DNA of 60,731 nt, the filler included, from Basidiobolus ranarum (taxonomy: Eukaryota), in the NCBI GenBank assembly GCA_040143965.1. It is 5 parts of 5 records of this genome, joined end to end, with 100 filler letters (N's around TTAATTAATTAA, not from the genome) between each part and the next. Parts side by side here need not be neighbours in the genome. Positions count along the whole stretch, not along the records: positions 1 to 12,099 come from JASJQH010000567.1; positions 12,200 to 24,273 come from JASJQH010000568.1; 3 more parts are not named here. One strand, written 5' to 3'. How positions within the stretch are numbered: the first letter of the stretch is position 1; every line of letters starts with the position of its first letter. The notes under the pieces were generated by a model, which ran no database searches, had not been told where the DNA came from, and was given only the letters and a program-made list of their open reading frames with translations. Shown piece by piece: positions 1-12,820 of this stretch. The translations under genes were made by a program, and so were the position numbers.

Positions 1-2
1 TT

Positions 3-522
3 GGATTCTTCCCATATCATATTAGAGTAGTTTTACTCAGGGCAAGATTTCTACTCCAACTAAATGACTGCAGAAATCCACTGATTAAGAAGTGGCTAGC
101 CACACCTTCCTTAAAAGCACTATCATGCTGGAAATTGATACAAAATGATCCTTTGGTATCTGAGTTAGCTTTACAGCCGCATGAAACAAAACAGCCTAAA
201 ATTGTTGCTATAGACTTCCAGCTAGACCTTTGGAAGCAATACCTTGCTTTCAAGACACCTTGCTTAATTCCCATTATTCCAGGTTTTTGTCCTATTGTCC
301 ATCTGGTTTGCACTGAGTACCTTCCTTTCTGCTTACCACCATTGCCCCTTAACACTATATTTACATCCTCTGAGCTTGATTACATTGGTCATCAGGTTAA
401 GTATGGATATGATCCAGTATTGACACAATATCTTAAAAGATTGATGTCTTGATTGTCACTTTGTTTAGATTAGTATTTAAGCTAAATAAAGTCCACACCA
501 TCTGGTGCTTTTCATCCCCCTA
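3..522 (+). mobile_element. 3' end of a repeated retroelement, probably non-LTR (ORF C-terminus plus 3' tail)
   Basis: Frame open 3-452 (GFFPYHIRVVLLRARFLLQL...YLKRLMS*), resembling the post-RT region of LINE ORF2. Near-identical copy at 24374-24757. Almost no CpG. Confidence 0.5.
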
Positions 523-775
523 AACCCAGTAATTTGTTATTTGAAAATTATATTTTTGCAAAAATTGCTGGATATTGAATAATGCATGCCAAATTTGAGG
601 ATCAATATTTTAACATGTATGAATACCATTAAAATACCATCAAGAAACTGTTGTCACACCATCAAAATCCCTGGCAGAATGCAAGCCACCAATATTGTGA
701 TGGTTTGTTGATGGTTTTGCTCTTTTGGAGGGTGGATCCAATCCGGATGAAATCAATTTTATTTTTGTTAGGGAT

Positions 776-935
776 CCTCTGAACTTGATTACATTGGTCA
801 TCAAGTTAAGTATGGATACAATCCACTTTTGTCACAGTATCTTAAAAGATTGACATCTTGTTTATCACTTTGTTTAGATTAGTATTTAAGCTAAATGAAG
901 TCCACACCATCTGGTGCTTTTCATCCCCCCTAACC
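776..935 (+). repeat. Direct repeat of 365-522 (element 3' segment)
   Basis: atcctctga(g/a)cttgattacattggtcatca...ccacaccatctggtgcttttcatccccc occurs at ~365-522, 776-935 and ~24598-24755. Confidence 0.9.
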
Positions 936-1089
936 CTTTACTCTCTCTGTCTGATTTCTCTCCCACCCTCCCCAAGTTCTCTCTCTTCTTCTTTACTACT
1001 CTTGCTTGGTTTATACTTACTTGGGAAGGAACTAAAGGCATCTTTGCAGCTCTTACTTCTCAGCTTACAGTAACTTATGACCATTAGCA

Positions 1090-1232
1090 ACTCTCAGGCC
1101 TAGCTCACTAGGAACTCTCTACTTTTGGCTCCATCCCTTATGGAAAACTCTACTCAGGCCCCATCCCTTCTGGAATACTTAACTCTTGGCCCCATCCTAT
1201 CTGGAACACTCTTAGGCCTAGCTTACTAGGAA
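1090..1232 (+). repeat. Five imperfect ~25-32 bp hairpin-containing tandem units
   Basis: Units ACTC..GGC-[cctagctcactagg / ccatcccttatgg / ccatcccttctgg / ccatcctatctgg / cctagcttactagg]-AA. Confidence 0.7.
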
Positions 1233-1358
1233 ACTTAGCACTGTCAACATCTTGACTTTGTCTTTGAATATTATATTCTAACTTAGCTTATTTATTTATT
1301 GACTTTGTTTAAATTGATAAATAAATATTAAACCTTGTGGTGCTTATCATCCCCCTAA

Positions 1359-1608
1359 TAGTTTTGTCAAGATGTAGGCAAATTAATGTATAGAATGTGT
1401 TAAAGAAGGTCCCAGGAACATATGTACAAAGCTTGGGGCTTCCACCATCAGCTTGAAAAATCTATATATCTGAGAACTTCTAAGTTGGTAAAATATTCAA
1501 AGTGAATTCCTCATGAAAACAATAGGTAATATCTTAGTTCAATATAGGATAACTAAATACTAAGCTATATATGACTAGATAGGTGTTTAGGCAATACTAA
1601 TTTCAACA
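1359..1608 (-). mobile_element. Partial copia LTR (family 1)
   Basis: Reverse complement begins TGTTGAAATTAG and aligns with the LTRs at 49990-50337 and 30350-30698. Confidence 0.85.
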
Positions 1609-3461
1609 GAGTGCACAGGAAGGCCATTGTTTGGAACTGTTAATGTAAGACTGGATTGGCACATTTCAGTTAAGTCTATGGTGCGAAATTATCTACAATC
1701 AGAAGAGTATCTACTTCATGACATTGATTCCAATCCACTACCTGGGTAGCATAACTAATTTACTAATCCTCATACATCACTGTTGCACCTCCCATGGTGC
1801 TGGAGGTGTTGTAAATAGATATTTTCTTCACTGGCACTTGTACAAAGCTTTATTTTATGATATACTCATATTAAATATGGTTTTATGCAGAAACAGCTCT
1901 TAGGAGTCTGTGAGCAACTACCAAAATAACTTCTATTCCTGGCCATCAATGAAGCTGAATCGGTTAGAAATGGATTATTTATCGAATGGTAGAGAGCTAG
2001 GAAATGCGATCCCCTCAGATTTTTGATAAAACCTCTGCCGAAGTAGTTGGCATAGAGGAAATATCAGTCGAAAAGAATCAGCAACTAATATAGCATAGAT
2101 CGACTTGTTCACAATGTTTACCATTCTACTACCACGCCAATATCCTGAATGAAAGTACAAAAGCTTTCACAATCAGAGCTTTTGAAACGCCATTCACCTT
2201 TACAATCTACAAATAAGCAACGATAGTTAGTTACCATGGCATATTACTAACTGACATAACAATAGAATAGAAATCAATTGCTACCACAAGCAGTGTACAA
2301 ACTTCTAAACTATGAATTTAAAATGATATGCTTTTAAAGATTGCTTCACCGCAACTGATGGATCAAAAAACTCAAGTTCTACATTCTTTAAAGTAAATCC
2401 CACGCTTCATGGGATTAACTTCATTTTCTTTCCGCCTCTCCTGTGTTCTACTTAGTGCACTTTTGTGAACTTAACCACGTAATCCTGTCCACTATGTCTA
2501 TGCAAACCACTTAGGTGATTATCATTACCTCACTACTAAACTAAGCTTAGCACCTTTCATGCAATGAGCCAATAACAGATGAATATGGCGTTGGAAGATG
2601 AAATAGCCACATGTATGGTAGGTGGGTTTTATGCTGAAATTGCGATATACCACTCCAAACGTATGTTATGTGTCCTAATGAGATTGTGAATGACACCCTG
2701 ATTGGTAAAAAATCATCATCCTAAAGTCACTCAGCTTGGAAATGAGCGAAGAGTGCACGGTGTTTGGTAGTGTATGTCCCTTATTTATGACCAGTCTCAC
2801 TTTGGCGCTGGCTTTCGTCAACGTATGTCAGATACCAATTCGTTAGGTTGCACTGACTCACTTCTAGCTTTTCCACGGAATGATAGCTCAAAAAACCTAG
2901 CCAATTATTGCTCCAAAGACCCACTTTATTATTACTACTGACTTTTCAGGATTTTCAGAAAGTTTCTTGACAGGCTAACTAAAGATGCTAGCTAGCATTG
3001 GCCCATAGATGAATGGCCGCAACAAAACTAAGAAAGGACAGTCACACTTCCCATTCGTTTACTTGGATTTAGCTTTGAAGGGATTTGTTCATTGTTATGC
3101 AATTTTACATTTGGTTAATAGAAACCACTACTATTATTAAGTGTTAGTCGTTTTATAGCCCAAGAAAGCAGATAGACCATTTTCACTATGTTCCCAGCTC
3201 CTTGCTGATGACAAATGTTACCGGAGCAATGACACCTTCGGATTACTAATATTTTCAGGCCAATATGATATACTCAGGTCTAAATGACCAGAATCTACAG
3301 GATTAAAGCGTGGTGTCAGGTTTATTTTTTTGCAAGACCTCAGGACACAGTCCAAGCTTCAGGTGTAAATAGAGTAACCACCTCACTATCTCTGAAGATC
3401 ATCAACTATGCTATTTCAACAAGCTCCTACGAACAATAAATTCTCCCGAACCAGAAGTGGG

Positions 3462-4480
3462 ATGGATATAATCTACGCTAGACTGACATTTCTGCTTTTT
3501 TTCTTGTGAACTTGACTTTAAGGATGGAAGCCTCAGACACTGCAGACTACCACTGCGTGCCCCCAGATTATCATCCTTCCAACAACCAAATTTACAAGTC
3601 GTTCAATCATTATTCTGCCAATATTGTGAACAATGGTACGAATGTTAAAATACACTACGTCCGTGAAGGGCCGAAGAACGGTCAGACAGTGATTCTTATT
3701 CATGGCTATCCTCAGAACTGATACGAATGGAGGCATCAAATTCCAGAACTTGCCAAAGCTGGATATCAAGTCATTGCATTTGATACCCGTGGCCAAGGAG
3801 AATCGTCTATCCCTGATGATGGATACGACGGGTTAACTGTGGCAACCGATCTTCATCTTGTATTGCAATCATTAAACATCACAAGAGATGTGCATGTTGT
3901 GGCACATGATATTGGAGTATGGATTGGATTTGGCTATGTACAAGAATTCGCTAGCGAAGTTGCTAGTTTTACAACAAGTGGAGCACCTATCCCCAACGAG
4001 ATCTATGGGGAATTCCCGGCATATCCAAGACCTGGCAAATTTAAATGGTGGTTTGCATCTTTGCAATCGGAGGCGAGACCGTTTCCGGAAGAACTTGTAA
4101 TATGCAAAGAACGTCTCTATTTTGGACGTGCTTTTGATGATTTGATGCTTCCAGAAACTCGCTCAGGTATTAATGAAAAAGATTTCGACGAATACATCCG
4201 GGTCTTATCCCGAAGGAATGTATTCAGAGCTGGCAATGCTTATTATCGAAATCTTTGGAATACGATAGATATATACAAATCAAAAGGATATTACCAGAAA
4301 CGCCTGGCCATCCCGGTTCTTACTGTAATAGACACTCTTATTGGAGAACTCATTGCCACAACTACGAAAGATTATGCCTCCAACATCACAATGCAAAATT
4401 ATCATGGCGGTCACTTTATCTGGGAAGAGGCACCAAAAGATACCACACGGGGGCTGATCAATTTCTTGAGCCACATATGA
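3462..4480 (+). pseudogene. Intronless alpha/beta hydrolase (epoxide hydrolase/haloacetate dehalogenase-like), disrupted
   Basis: HGYPQN-TGA-YEWRH (stop at 3719-3721 replaces the conserved Trp), then DTRGQGES, nucleophile elbow AHDIG and catalytic His motif GGHFIWEE. A signal-peptide-like start from ATG 3462 is out of frame by one base at the T7 run 3496-3502. Confidence 0.85.
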
Positions 4481-7089
4481 AGTAGCCAAAATTGAGATGC
4501 ACAATGAATCATCAACTTTCTTATTTGCTTTAAAAATCCATGTTGATCACAGTATCTTCTATGGAACAACGCTAATGTTACGTAACTAAACTACTCCAAA
4601 TAAGCAGATTTCGTGTAAACACAAGATAATAAAAACTCAATTCTGCTTAGGCAAGGAGTAACTTACGGCTGAATGTCAGGTATATTTAGTTGTAGTACAA
4701 TCGTTACTGACATCGCATAAATGAAGGGAAACTCTCCAAGTTGCATGAGAGTTCATCCATACTACGTTTTCACATTGGATTGGTTGTATTTTTCTGTGCC
4801 AATGAAGTTTGAATAGTATATTCCTCATAGGTGGGAAATCCAATTTCCTGGGCTATCAAGTAACCATTGCACTCTTCAACGATGAGATACACAGATCTGG
4901 ATTTAGTGATCTACAGTATATGGTAAAGAATGAGAATGCATCGAGGTTGTTTATGAAGATGGCTCTGCAGGAGGGTATTCACATCGGAATTTGCGACGCA
5001 TTATCGCTGAGTTACAGGTATATCGGTTTTTTCAAGAGTTCAAACATTCAAACTCTTGCTAATGTTAGATTGATAAGGATGTCTACATCATGTATATACG
5101 TGTGAACAAGTAGTCTTCGTGTAGGAGAAATACCATTGTAAATCACCTCTGCATCAATGGCATGCAGTTTCAACGGATTACAGTGCACTTGTGATACCGG
5201 AATGAACAGGGGTGTATTTCCCCTCCTAGTAACAAACCTCTTTGACGATTATATTTCAAACCGGACTAGTAAAGTGATGAAAGACCCCGCACTTCAAGAT
5301 TTGTGTTCTAAGGGAATCTCGATGGATCTCTCTATATGTTGAATGGTCACTATTTCAAAACGCTCACTCCATTTGATGAGGAAATCGTGGCTGATATTTT
5401 CAAGATATCATTATACTAAATACAGGTGCAAGTGCACAAGGGCTGTGTTTCAATGGGTAACCGACTATCTTTCATTAGCTGTCTCGCATCTTTAATAAAA
5501 ACACGGTAAATGTATTTGTTGGTAGCTTCACTCTACCAATCTCAATTGCCTGCTGATCTGCAACCGCTTGGCTAATTCACTACACAGTAGCCAAATAAGT
5601 AACGGTATATCCCTTGACGGTTCGATATAGTCCTAAGAGCTCCAATGGATGACTCTCTGCTCAGAGGTTAGGCGTAGCACTTACGCTGCCAATTATTTGA
5701 GACTCGGCTCGACTCATAGCCAACATCTAAAGATGATTCTCTCTAGCACCATACCCTCTCAATTGCGGCCATAAGCATCGGTGATTAATAAACAATCAAA
5801 CTATGTATCCATGACGAAATAGCTTCAGTACAGTATTGGTTGGGTTAATAAAGTGTGGCACTCAATGGTGTGGTAATCATCATCATTGATTCTTGAGAAT
5901 TCTATAAACAGGTATGTGCCTAATATCCATGCAACACATGTATTCATAGTTTTGGACTCAAGTAGTACTTGTTTGCGAGGGCGATGTAAGTCAGCTGGAG
6001 ACCTATTCCCTAAACAGCGCCAGAGTGACTAAGTCATCGCTAATATATATTAAATGATAGAAGTGTACCCTCTCTATGCAGTACATGTATCATTTGAAAT
6101 GACTTGAGCAGGGTAGTAACCAGAATAATGGATCAAGTAGTCCGTAAACTACACAGAAGTGGTATCATTTTCGGATTTATTGGAATAATGACTCATCCGG
6201 TCGATTCCAAAAGGGAACCTATCTTTAAGTGAAGCGTAGTAGCCATACAACAGTATTGGCATTTCCACTCAAAGGAAATAAAGAAGAGTAACGGTAGATC
6301 AACAAGTGGTCACTTGATTGCTGTTTTAGAGTTTGTATATCATCGGGTAAAGTTGACGCTGACCCAAAAAAACCGGATTTTCGGCACCATCCTTGAAATC
6401 CGTGGTTGGTGATGTTCCTTTCTATGGCCTAATGGTTATAATAGCTCCCCAGCATAATATTATTTCACCATAATGATTCGATTTGTTGAATACGTAAATG
6501 ACAAAATAGCTCACCAAGTGTAACTCTCTCCATCCTAAGCATCAGCAAGCAGCATACCCTTTCGTTTTTGGACATCAGCAGTCCATATAGACCAAAGTGT
6601 GTATTATCCATGACATCGTGATTGGTGTCATTCTGATCAACGGCTCCATAGAAAGACAATTTCCATTATTTAATCATGGATATTTGTGCTCCATTCGACT
6701 CTCCTTTAAGAAACTGTGATGAGCCAGTTGTGGATATAGAAGCTAAGGATTTTAGCCCTTTCTTGGAACAGAGAATATTTTTGATTTACCAAGACGGCCA
6801 CAAGCTTCCCCAATATACCAACCAAGTGAGTTGCATCACGCAAATGGGGCACACCACACCACTCACCGTGGGGCAAATCCCGGTAGAGCTTGGTACGAAA
6901 GGGTATCAAATGTAGAATATTGAGAGTAGCATCGCCAAAGGAGTAACTCCTTGAGGTGTGGAGAGAATGAGAGGGGATAGAGAGAAGTGGGAAATTCATG
7001 TTGGCATTGAGAATGCACGCAGATAGGACATATGTCAATAATGTACCAATTATGTTTTATTGAATGGGAATTATCCCTCAAACATCTCT

Positions 7090-8250
7090 TCAAGAATGCT
7101 CAGCTCTGATATGTCTTATCAATGCATCTGTGCGATAAAATGATTTTGGACATTTTTCACAGCGATAAGGTCTTTCTCCAGTGTGTAATCTTATATGTCG
7201 CTGTAGATCATGTTTACGGCGAAACTGTCGCCGGCAATACGGGCACTCGTGTCGAATACTTTCTAGAGATTTTTGACTCGATAAAGCATCTATAGAGGTA
7301 GGAGATCTACGGGACAAACTCATATGTAAGTTTCGTACATCATCATCAGAATAACTGTGAATTAATATTGGACTTTGCGGTGATGGAGCAGGTATATAGC
7401 TATATGGAGAAGGCGGGTCAGATATAGGAGAGGAGACTGCGCTGTTGCTATTTGGTAGAATGGGAGTTTTTTGACCGAGAGTGTTGCTAATTTCAGCGTT
7501 GTGGTTCAGAGTCTCTACATTCCATGACGCTGTGCCCAATGGCTTATACTGGGTCACTTCATGAGTATTTCTGTCGCCAATAGCTTCACTAGTCCCTGTG
7601 GATGTGTAATTTAATGGCAGCGACAGCATTGACTGAGCTGAATAGTCGTACGGTGATAGAGGGGCGCTGTGAGAAGTGATTTCAGAAATTACTGGGTAGC
7701 CATATGGCGCCCATGATGCATTCCAGTAATTGGGGTATTGTGAGTTGAGGGGCATTGTTAGACCTGGATTTAGCTGAGTCTCATTTTCTTGAATTTGGCT
7801 TTGAAAGCTCAGATTTGGGGATTGAAGACTGTTATGTGTTGGGAGCACCGAGGCGGGATCACTTAGCCAACTCTCACCATGTGTGTATTCTGGCTGGACA
7901 CAATCAATGGATGTTGGTGAGTGTAAGGAATTCTGAAGATTATTTGCTAACTCTATGTAGGCACCGTGGATGCCAAGGCCTATTTACAATCAGTCTTAGT
8001 TAATAATGATCTAAATCTATGTACAGAATAAACTATTAGGCTTTGACAAGGGTAACATACCTTCAAGAGCGTTGACACTTGTGGTAGCTATAGTTGGTGT
8101 TGTTGGGACGAACTCGTTTCTTTGCAGAGAGTGCAGGGAAGGGTGTGAGTAATTGAACGCTTCATGCACATTGCTGGGAGGGTAGTTGGCGTTGGGGGGA
8201 ACTTGGTCTGTAGGTTTCTTCTCGTTTTCGAAGTGTGTGAGCCGAGACAT
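7090..8250 (-). CDS. C2H2 zinc-finger transcription factor (2 exons)
   Basis: Two fingers, CPYCRRQFRRKHDLQRHIRLH-TGERPY-RCEKCPKSFYRTDALIRHIRAEH. A 45-nt GT-AG intron at 7980-8024 joins ORFs 8017-8277 and 7090-7848 in frame. Confidence 0.9.
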
Positions 8251-9169
8251 ACTATTACAATTTGATTGCTTGTTCACTCGACACTTAATGAAGTTTGAAA
8301 TTTAAAAGATTTACGAAGATGAAATCAAGATATGCGCATCAAGTGAGTGAGGGTATGGATTAACAAATGCGTTGGAGCATGCTGCGGGCCAATGCTTTTA
8401 TATTGACCAGAGATGGCAAACCCGTTATAGGATGAAAATGGATATCCGCGTAGCAATATATCGAACGAAATTGGAAACTTTCGTATTCAGGAAGTGGGAA
8501 ATCTAAGCTAGATATTTTGATAAATAATCATTAATGATCAGTCCTCCTGACCAAAAGAGCATCTAGTTCAGCCAATTCATTACTACTGTGCCGAAAATCT
8601 CTTCAATGGCCGAACGCAACGAACAGGATTGGAAACCGGCTCTCTCCTACGGTGATGATGAAAAACATGAATGGATGAATAATAGAGTAGCGCCAAACTC
8701 AACCAGGTATCACTCCATCGGAATAGGAATTGCTTGTACTAAATAGCCACACAACAGATATATCAAGATACCATCCCAAATTTGATTACAATCGGAGACA
8801 CTTGCAAGCCATCTGTCCATACGAGGAAATAATCATAATGGCAGGCACGTAGTCGTAATCTGAACTTAAGCTTCTTGGATCCCTGTCTAAGCGCATTTCT
8901 TAGCGCACTCAGTGATGAGAGTCACGTGTTTATTGCGAAGTGATTCAGATGCCCCGCCGAATAGAGCCAATCACCGCTCACTGGGGTTGATCAAGCAAAT
9001 TGATTCCGTAGCTCTGAGGTGATGAAGTTGGCTGCTGGTCATTCTGACTTGCATACCGCAAGACCGCCTATCCAGTCTCAGGATTAGCAGGTCTGAGATA
9101 CTGATGCCTTCATCACTGCACCATTCACCTCCTGGCTTATGTGTATATTTATTGCACCATTGTGCTTGC

Positions 9170-9930
9170 TTGGCGCATCCAGATTGCAGGTGGATATGAG
9201 ATTACTTGTGTCAATTCATGAAGCCTGGGCACAGTTTAGCCTGGAGAATACCTGGAATCCATTTATGGCCAACCACATTGTTTGTGCAATTCTGGCACTG
9301 TGATCCGATCTGATCCGCATTCTCTTTACCTCCATATTAACAAATGATGACAACCTGCCGGCCTTTTCAGGGTGTGGATCTAGATCCGAGGCAACACTGG
9401 AATCAGCAACGGCGCCTTGGGTGATGGTACTAATGGATCTAATGAATCATGCCGAGACTATTAGGAAAACGGGAAACTTGCTCCGAGTTGCACTGGAGTC
9501 CACTGGCTATAGTTAGAATCGCAGAGTGGTTTTCCGTGGGTGACCCCCATGCAATATCTCTGTTACGCTACGTCTGCTTCTGTGATCACTTGCTGACGAA
9601 GCAAAGTAGAATTTCCAATGAGTAACCCTTACCATTGATTTGGTTTGGAGATGCTTTTGTATCTGATCAAAGTAGGCTCGGAGGCACTCTATATGAACTG
9701 GTGGATCGAGGGAAACAAGAATGTTCCCACCGGGTAGAGACCTTTCTCTTTTTTGAATGCACATCATGGATCTCGGGGATTCACCTGAATCACTTGGATA
9801 TCACCATCTCGCCTAAAGTAGGGACATATGAAGGAGTGCGCGGCCATAAATGATCCTTTGTGCCGTGAAGCGGACAAAGCATTTTGGATTGAATCCAGGA
9901 TGGATGGTCTTTCCTTGCAATGTCAGCCGA
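9170..9930 (+). pseudogene. Possible highly decayed flavin amine/L-amino-acid oxidase remnant
   Basis: Ordered fragments IQIAGGYE (9177), FMANHIVCAI, RILFT, WFGDAF, FLFFECTSW and WIES (9885) resemble amine oxidase motifs; many stops and frameshifts. Confidence 0.3.
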
Positions 9931-11626
9931 TTTAGCCAAGCATTGCACAAAGCATTTGAGCCCCATTTGATTACCAACTATCAGGAAATTACTAATCCTA
10001 GGCAATCATAACACGTTTGTGCTATCTGGATAAACTAGAGTGATGTAGCTGGGGAAAGGACTAACATGTTAGGATAACTGTGATCGTATTACCTCACTCA
10101 CCTTAATTAATATTAGATATGCTGTGAAATGAAGGCGTCATCCGAACTTTTTTAGTGTTACTTGAATGCTCCAAAATGTTTATATATGGAGTAGAGGGGA
10201 ACTTAAACTTCTCTCCCCTACAAAACTGGACTTCGATGGCCCCATAAGGATATTGGGATTTTTTGGAATCCGATAATATCCTACAGGTAACTCAAACAGC
10301 CTATAATTTTTTCAAGATCTTGCGTGTGTCACATTAACACGAGGTGAAATCGATTAAGTCGACAAGAGGAACAACAAGACCTTGATTAGATTTCAAGATG
10401 CAGCATCTGTGGTCCGACCAACACTGAATTGGTCCCTTGTACTTTCAGTAGACGAGAGGAGCAGTGGGAATAATCAATATTTGAGTAACTTTCTTGGTTC
10501 ATTACCGATAAATCTACAGCACCCAGAGTCATTTGTACGTCGACTGAATAGGCATTGGCTTGGGTGCACGATGCATCAACGTATCATCATGATCTCCCAC
10601 TCATTTGGATGTATTGGCGTAACGTAACAACGCAGAGTGCTGATACTGTAGAAGCACGTAAAAATAGACACATGTGTAAAAACGTGTGTGGCTTCTTGTA
10701 ATAACTCTTGGCAAGGGTGAATGAATGGGAATTATGATCCATTTCAAGCCTCCCATGGACACCATGGGTAGGATTTGAAGAGCCCTCAAATTCGTTTGCA
10801 TTTACTTAATCTTCACTACTCCGAGGGTTGCTCAACCTCTCCTGAAATTATTGATTTATAACGATGCTAATCTCATGAACACACTCATATTCTCTCCAAG
10901 TGAACTTGACTAAATTTACTCAAGATCTGTGAAACCTGTAAAACCATGTATATTCGTTAATCTACTAACAAAGGAGAAATTTCAACTATTTCCCATCAGA
11001 TAAACGTACTTATGAAATTAGTTTAAGAATTGACAATAAAGGTGTAAACGTGTTGTCAGTATAAACCGCATTCGCTTTACGTTGATGTTGGGATACAACC
11101 TATTACTTTTCCATGGTCATAAATGACTCATGTTCTTATACTTCTTATTCTGTTGAATCAAAGTAGTTCATCAAATATTCCGAAACTTAATCAACAAGAA
11201 TAGATTCTGCTTATTAAAATAGTCAAGTGAAGAATGCTCTAGTAAGTCTACTTTCTTTTCAACAAACATGTTTTAATCAAGCTCCTTCATTCAGTTTTTT
11301 AAGGACCAACTATCGAAATTTGAGAAAGGACAAGGAGTGTTATTTCTTTAAAGGAAGCAAACTTATTTCAAAAAACTGGACGAATATTTCTTAATTCACC
11401 TGTCCAGAGTAATCAGTTTCAGAATCCAGTTCATTTCAAAAGGTTCAATACTTTAACTATTAGTTTAATATTTTGCAGTGGTTTTATTTTAAAAAGCGAA
11501 TCATAGTATCTTATTGAAAGAGAGGGCAGTTATAGAGTTGGTTGAACGAAAAAAGTGAGGAGCTGAGCTGAGTAATAAGAGAGGCTAAAGAAGTACACTT
11601 TTTTGCAGTAGTGGCTTTGAGATGTA

Positions 11627-12099
11627 TCAGTTTTCCGTGGTGACACCATGGGGATTATCTAGGCTCTCGGCTGTTGAGGGGTTGTTCCCTTCTGAGTACG
11701 CAATTTTTTTAGGTGTGCTTGCGGCCGTTGGATGTAAGTTCATGGGTGGCTGGGATGACGGCTGTACTTGAGTTGGTAGATAATACGGTGCTCCGCTCAT
11801 GCGGACGTACGTCTGCATAGAAGGGTTGTATCTCCATGGATTTGGTGTTGGATATGGATATTGGTTAGGGCGAGCAGTAGTCCAAGGGGAGGCATTAGAG
11901 GGAAGGTTTCTATCAGAAAAAGGAGGAAACGATGATCTCGGAGATCTTACGATTGGAATCGTAACGTTCTCTTCGTTTTCCGTAGTTCTATTATAATTAA
12001 TAGCTTTAGATGTAACCATATGGGCCATATTCGGGTTAGAAGTCCGCTCTCCTGCTCTGTAAGTTGGATGATAAGAATAATTTGGATAAACTACAGGAT
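11627..12099 (-). CDS. 3' part of a Pro/Ser/Tyr-rich protein, truncated by the contig end
   Basis: Frame stays open from the spacer (PVVYPNYSYHPTY...) to the stop at 11627; no recognisable domain. Confidence 0.55.
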
Positions 12100-12199
12100 N
12101 NNNNNNNNNNNNNNNNNNNNNNNNNNNNNNNNNNNNNNNNNNNTTAATTAATTAANNNNNNNNNNNNNNNNNNNNNNNNNNNNNNNNNNNNNNNNNNNN
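12100..12199. other. Artificial contig spacer
   Basis: 100 bp of Ns with central TTAATTAATTAA (stops in six frames). Confidence 0.98.
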
Positions 12200-12820
12200 G
12201 ATGGACTCATCTTGATTTTTCTCTAAGAACCTCTATATTCCATAAATATCCTTGATGGTTCAAAGTGGCTTTCTAATCGGCGTTCCAATAGGTGTCACGA
12301 ATGTTTTTATATGATGGTCAAGTACTCAAATACACACAGATTCAATAAAGCTTCTGTTGAGAAAAAAGTCTTTATCTTCTAGACAAAGGTATTCTAGTTG
12401 ATTAAAAGTCGTATTGTCGGTTAAGCATTTCCTTGATCACTTCCATTCTCTGAATAATATTATTCATTTTAATCCTAGGCTCTTCAAGAGGTTCTAATGA
12501 TATACTAGAAATATAGCCTCTGTATTTTGCAGAATACTTGTACTTTACCCTGCTCGATAATCATTGCAAGCTCGAGTAATAAAATGAGAACATAGCTCAA
12601 AAATGAAGAGATAATTCTATGGAATATTTACTCGATATTAGCCATCATCATGCTATAAACTACAAGTTTATCATAACTTTATGTCGAGTAAAGCTATGAA
12701 TTGAAAAACGGAAAGAGTGAAAGGTTACAGTTATACACAAAGGTAATATTGAAGAACTAGAGATTCATCTGAGATATCGAGTGGCAAATATTGAACATAT
12801 GAAGAAATCAAAGCTGCATG

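Noticed and set aside
516-775. Telomeric repeats (CCCTAA/TTAGGG)
   Set aside because: Isolated single hexamers, not an array.
1090-1232. CRISPR-like array
   Set aside because: No unique spacers, degenerate units, eukaryotic TE context and no cas genes.
3719-3721. TGA recoded as Trp or Sec
   Set aside because: Other genes here use TGG for Trp and TGA as stop, and the gene has a second independent lesion.
4740-7040. Short ORFs that might be decayed genes
   Set aside because: No motif series could be assigned by eye; needs a translated search.
12144-12155. TTAATTAATTAA as a biological motif
   Set aside because: Identical six-frame-stop linker centred in every N run.
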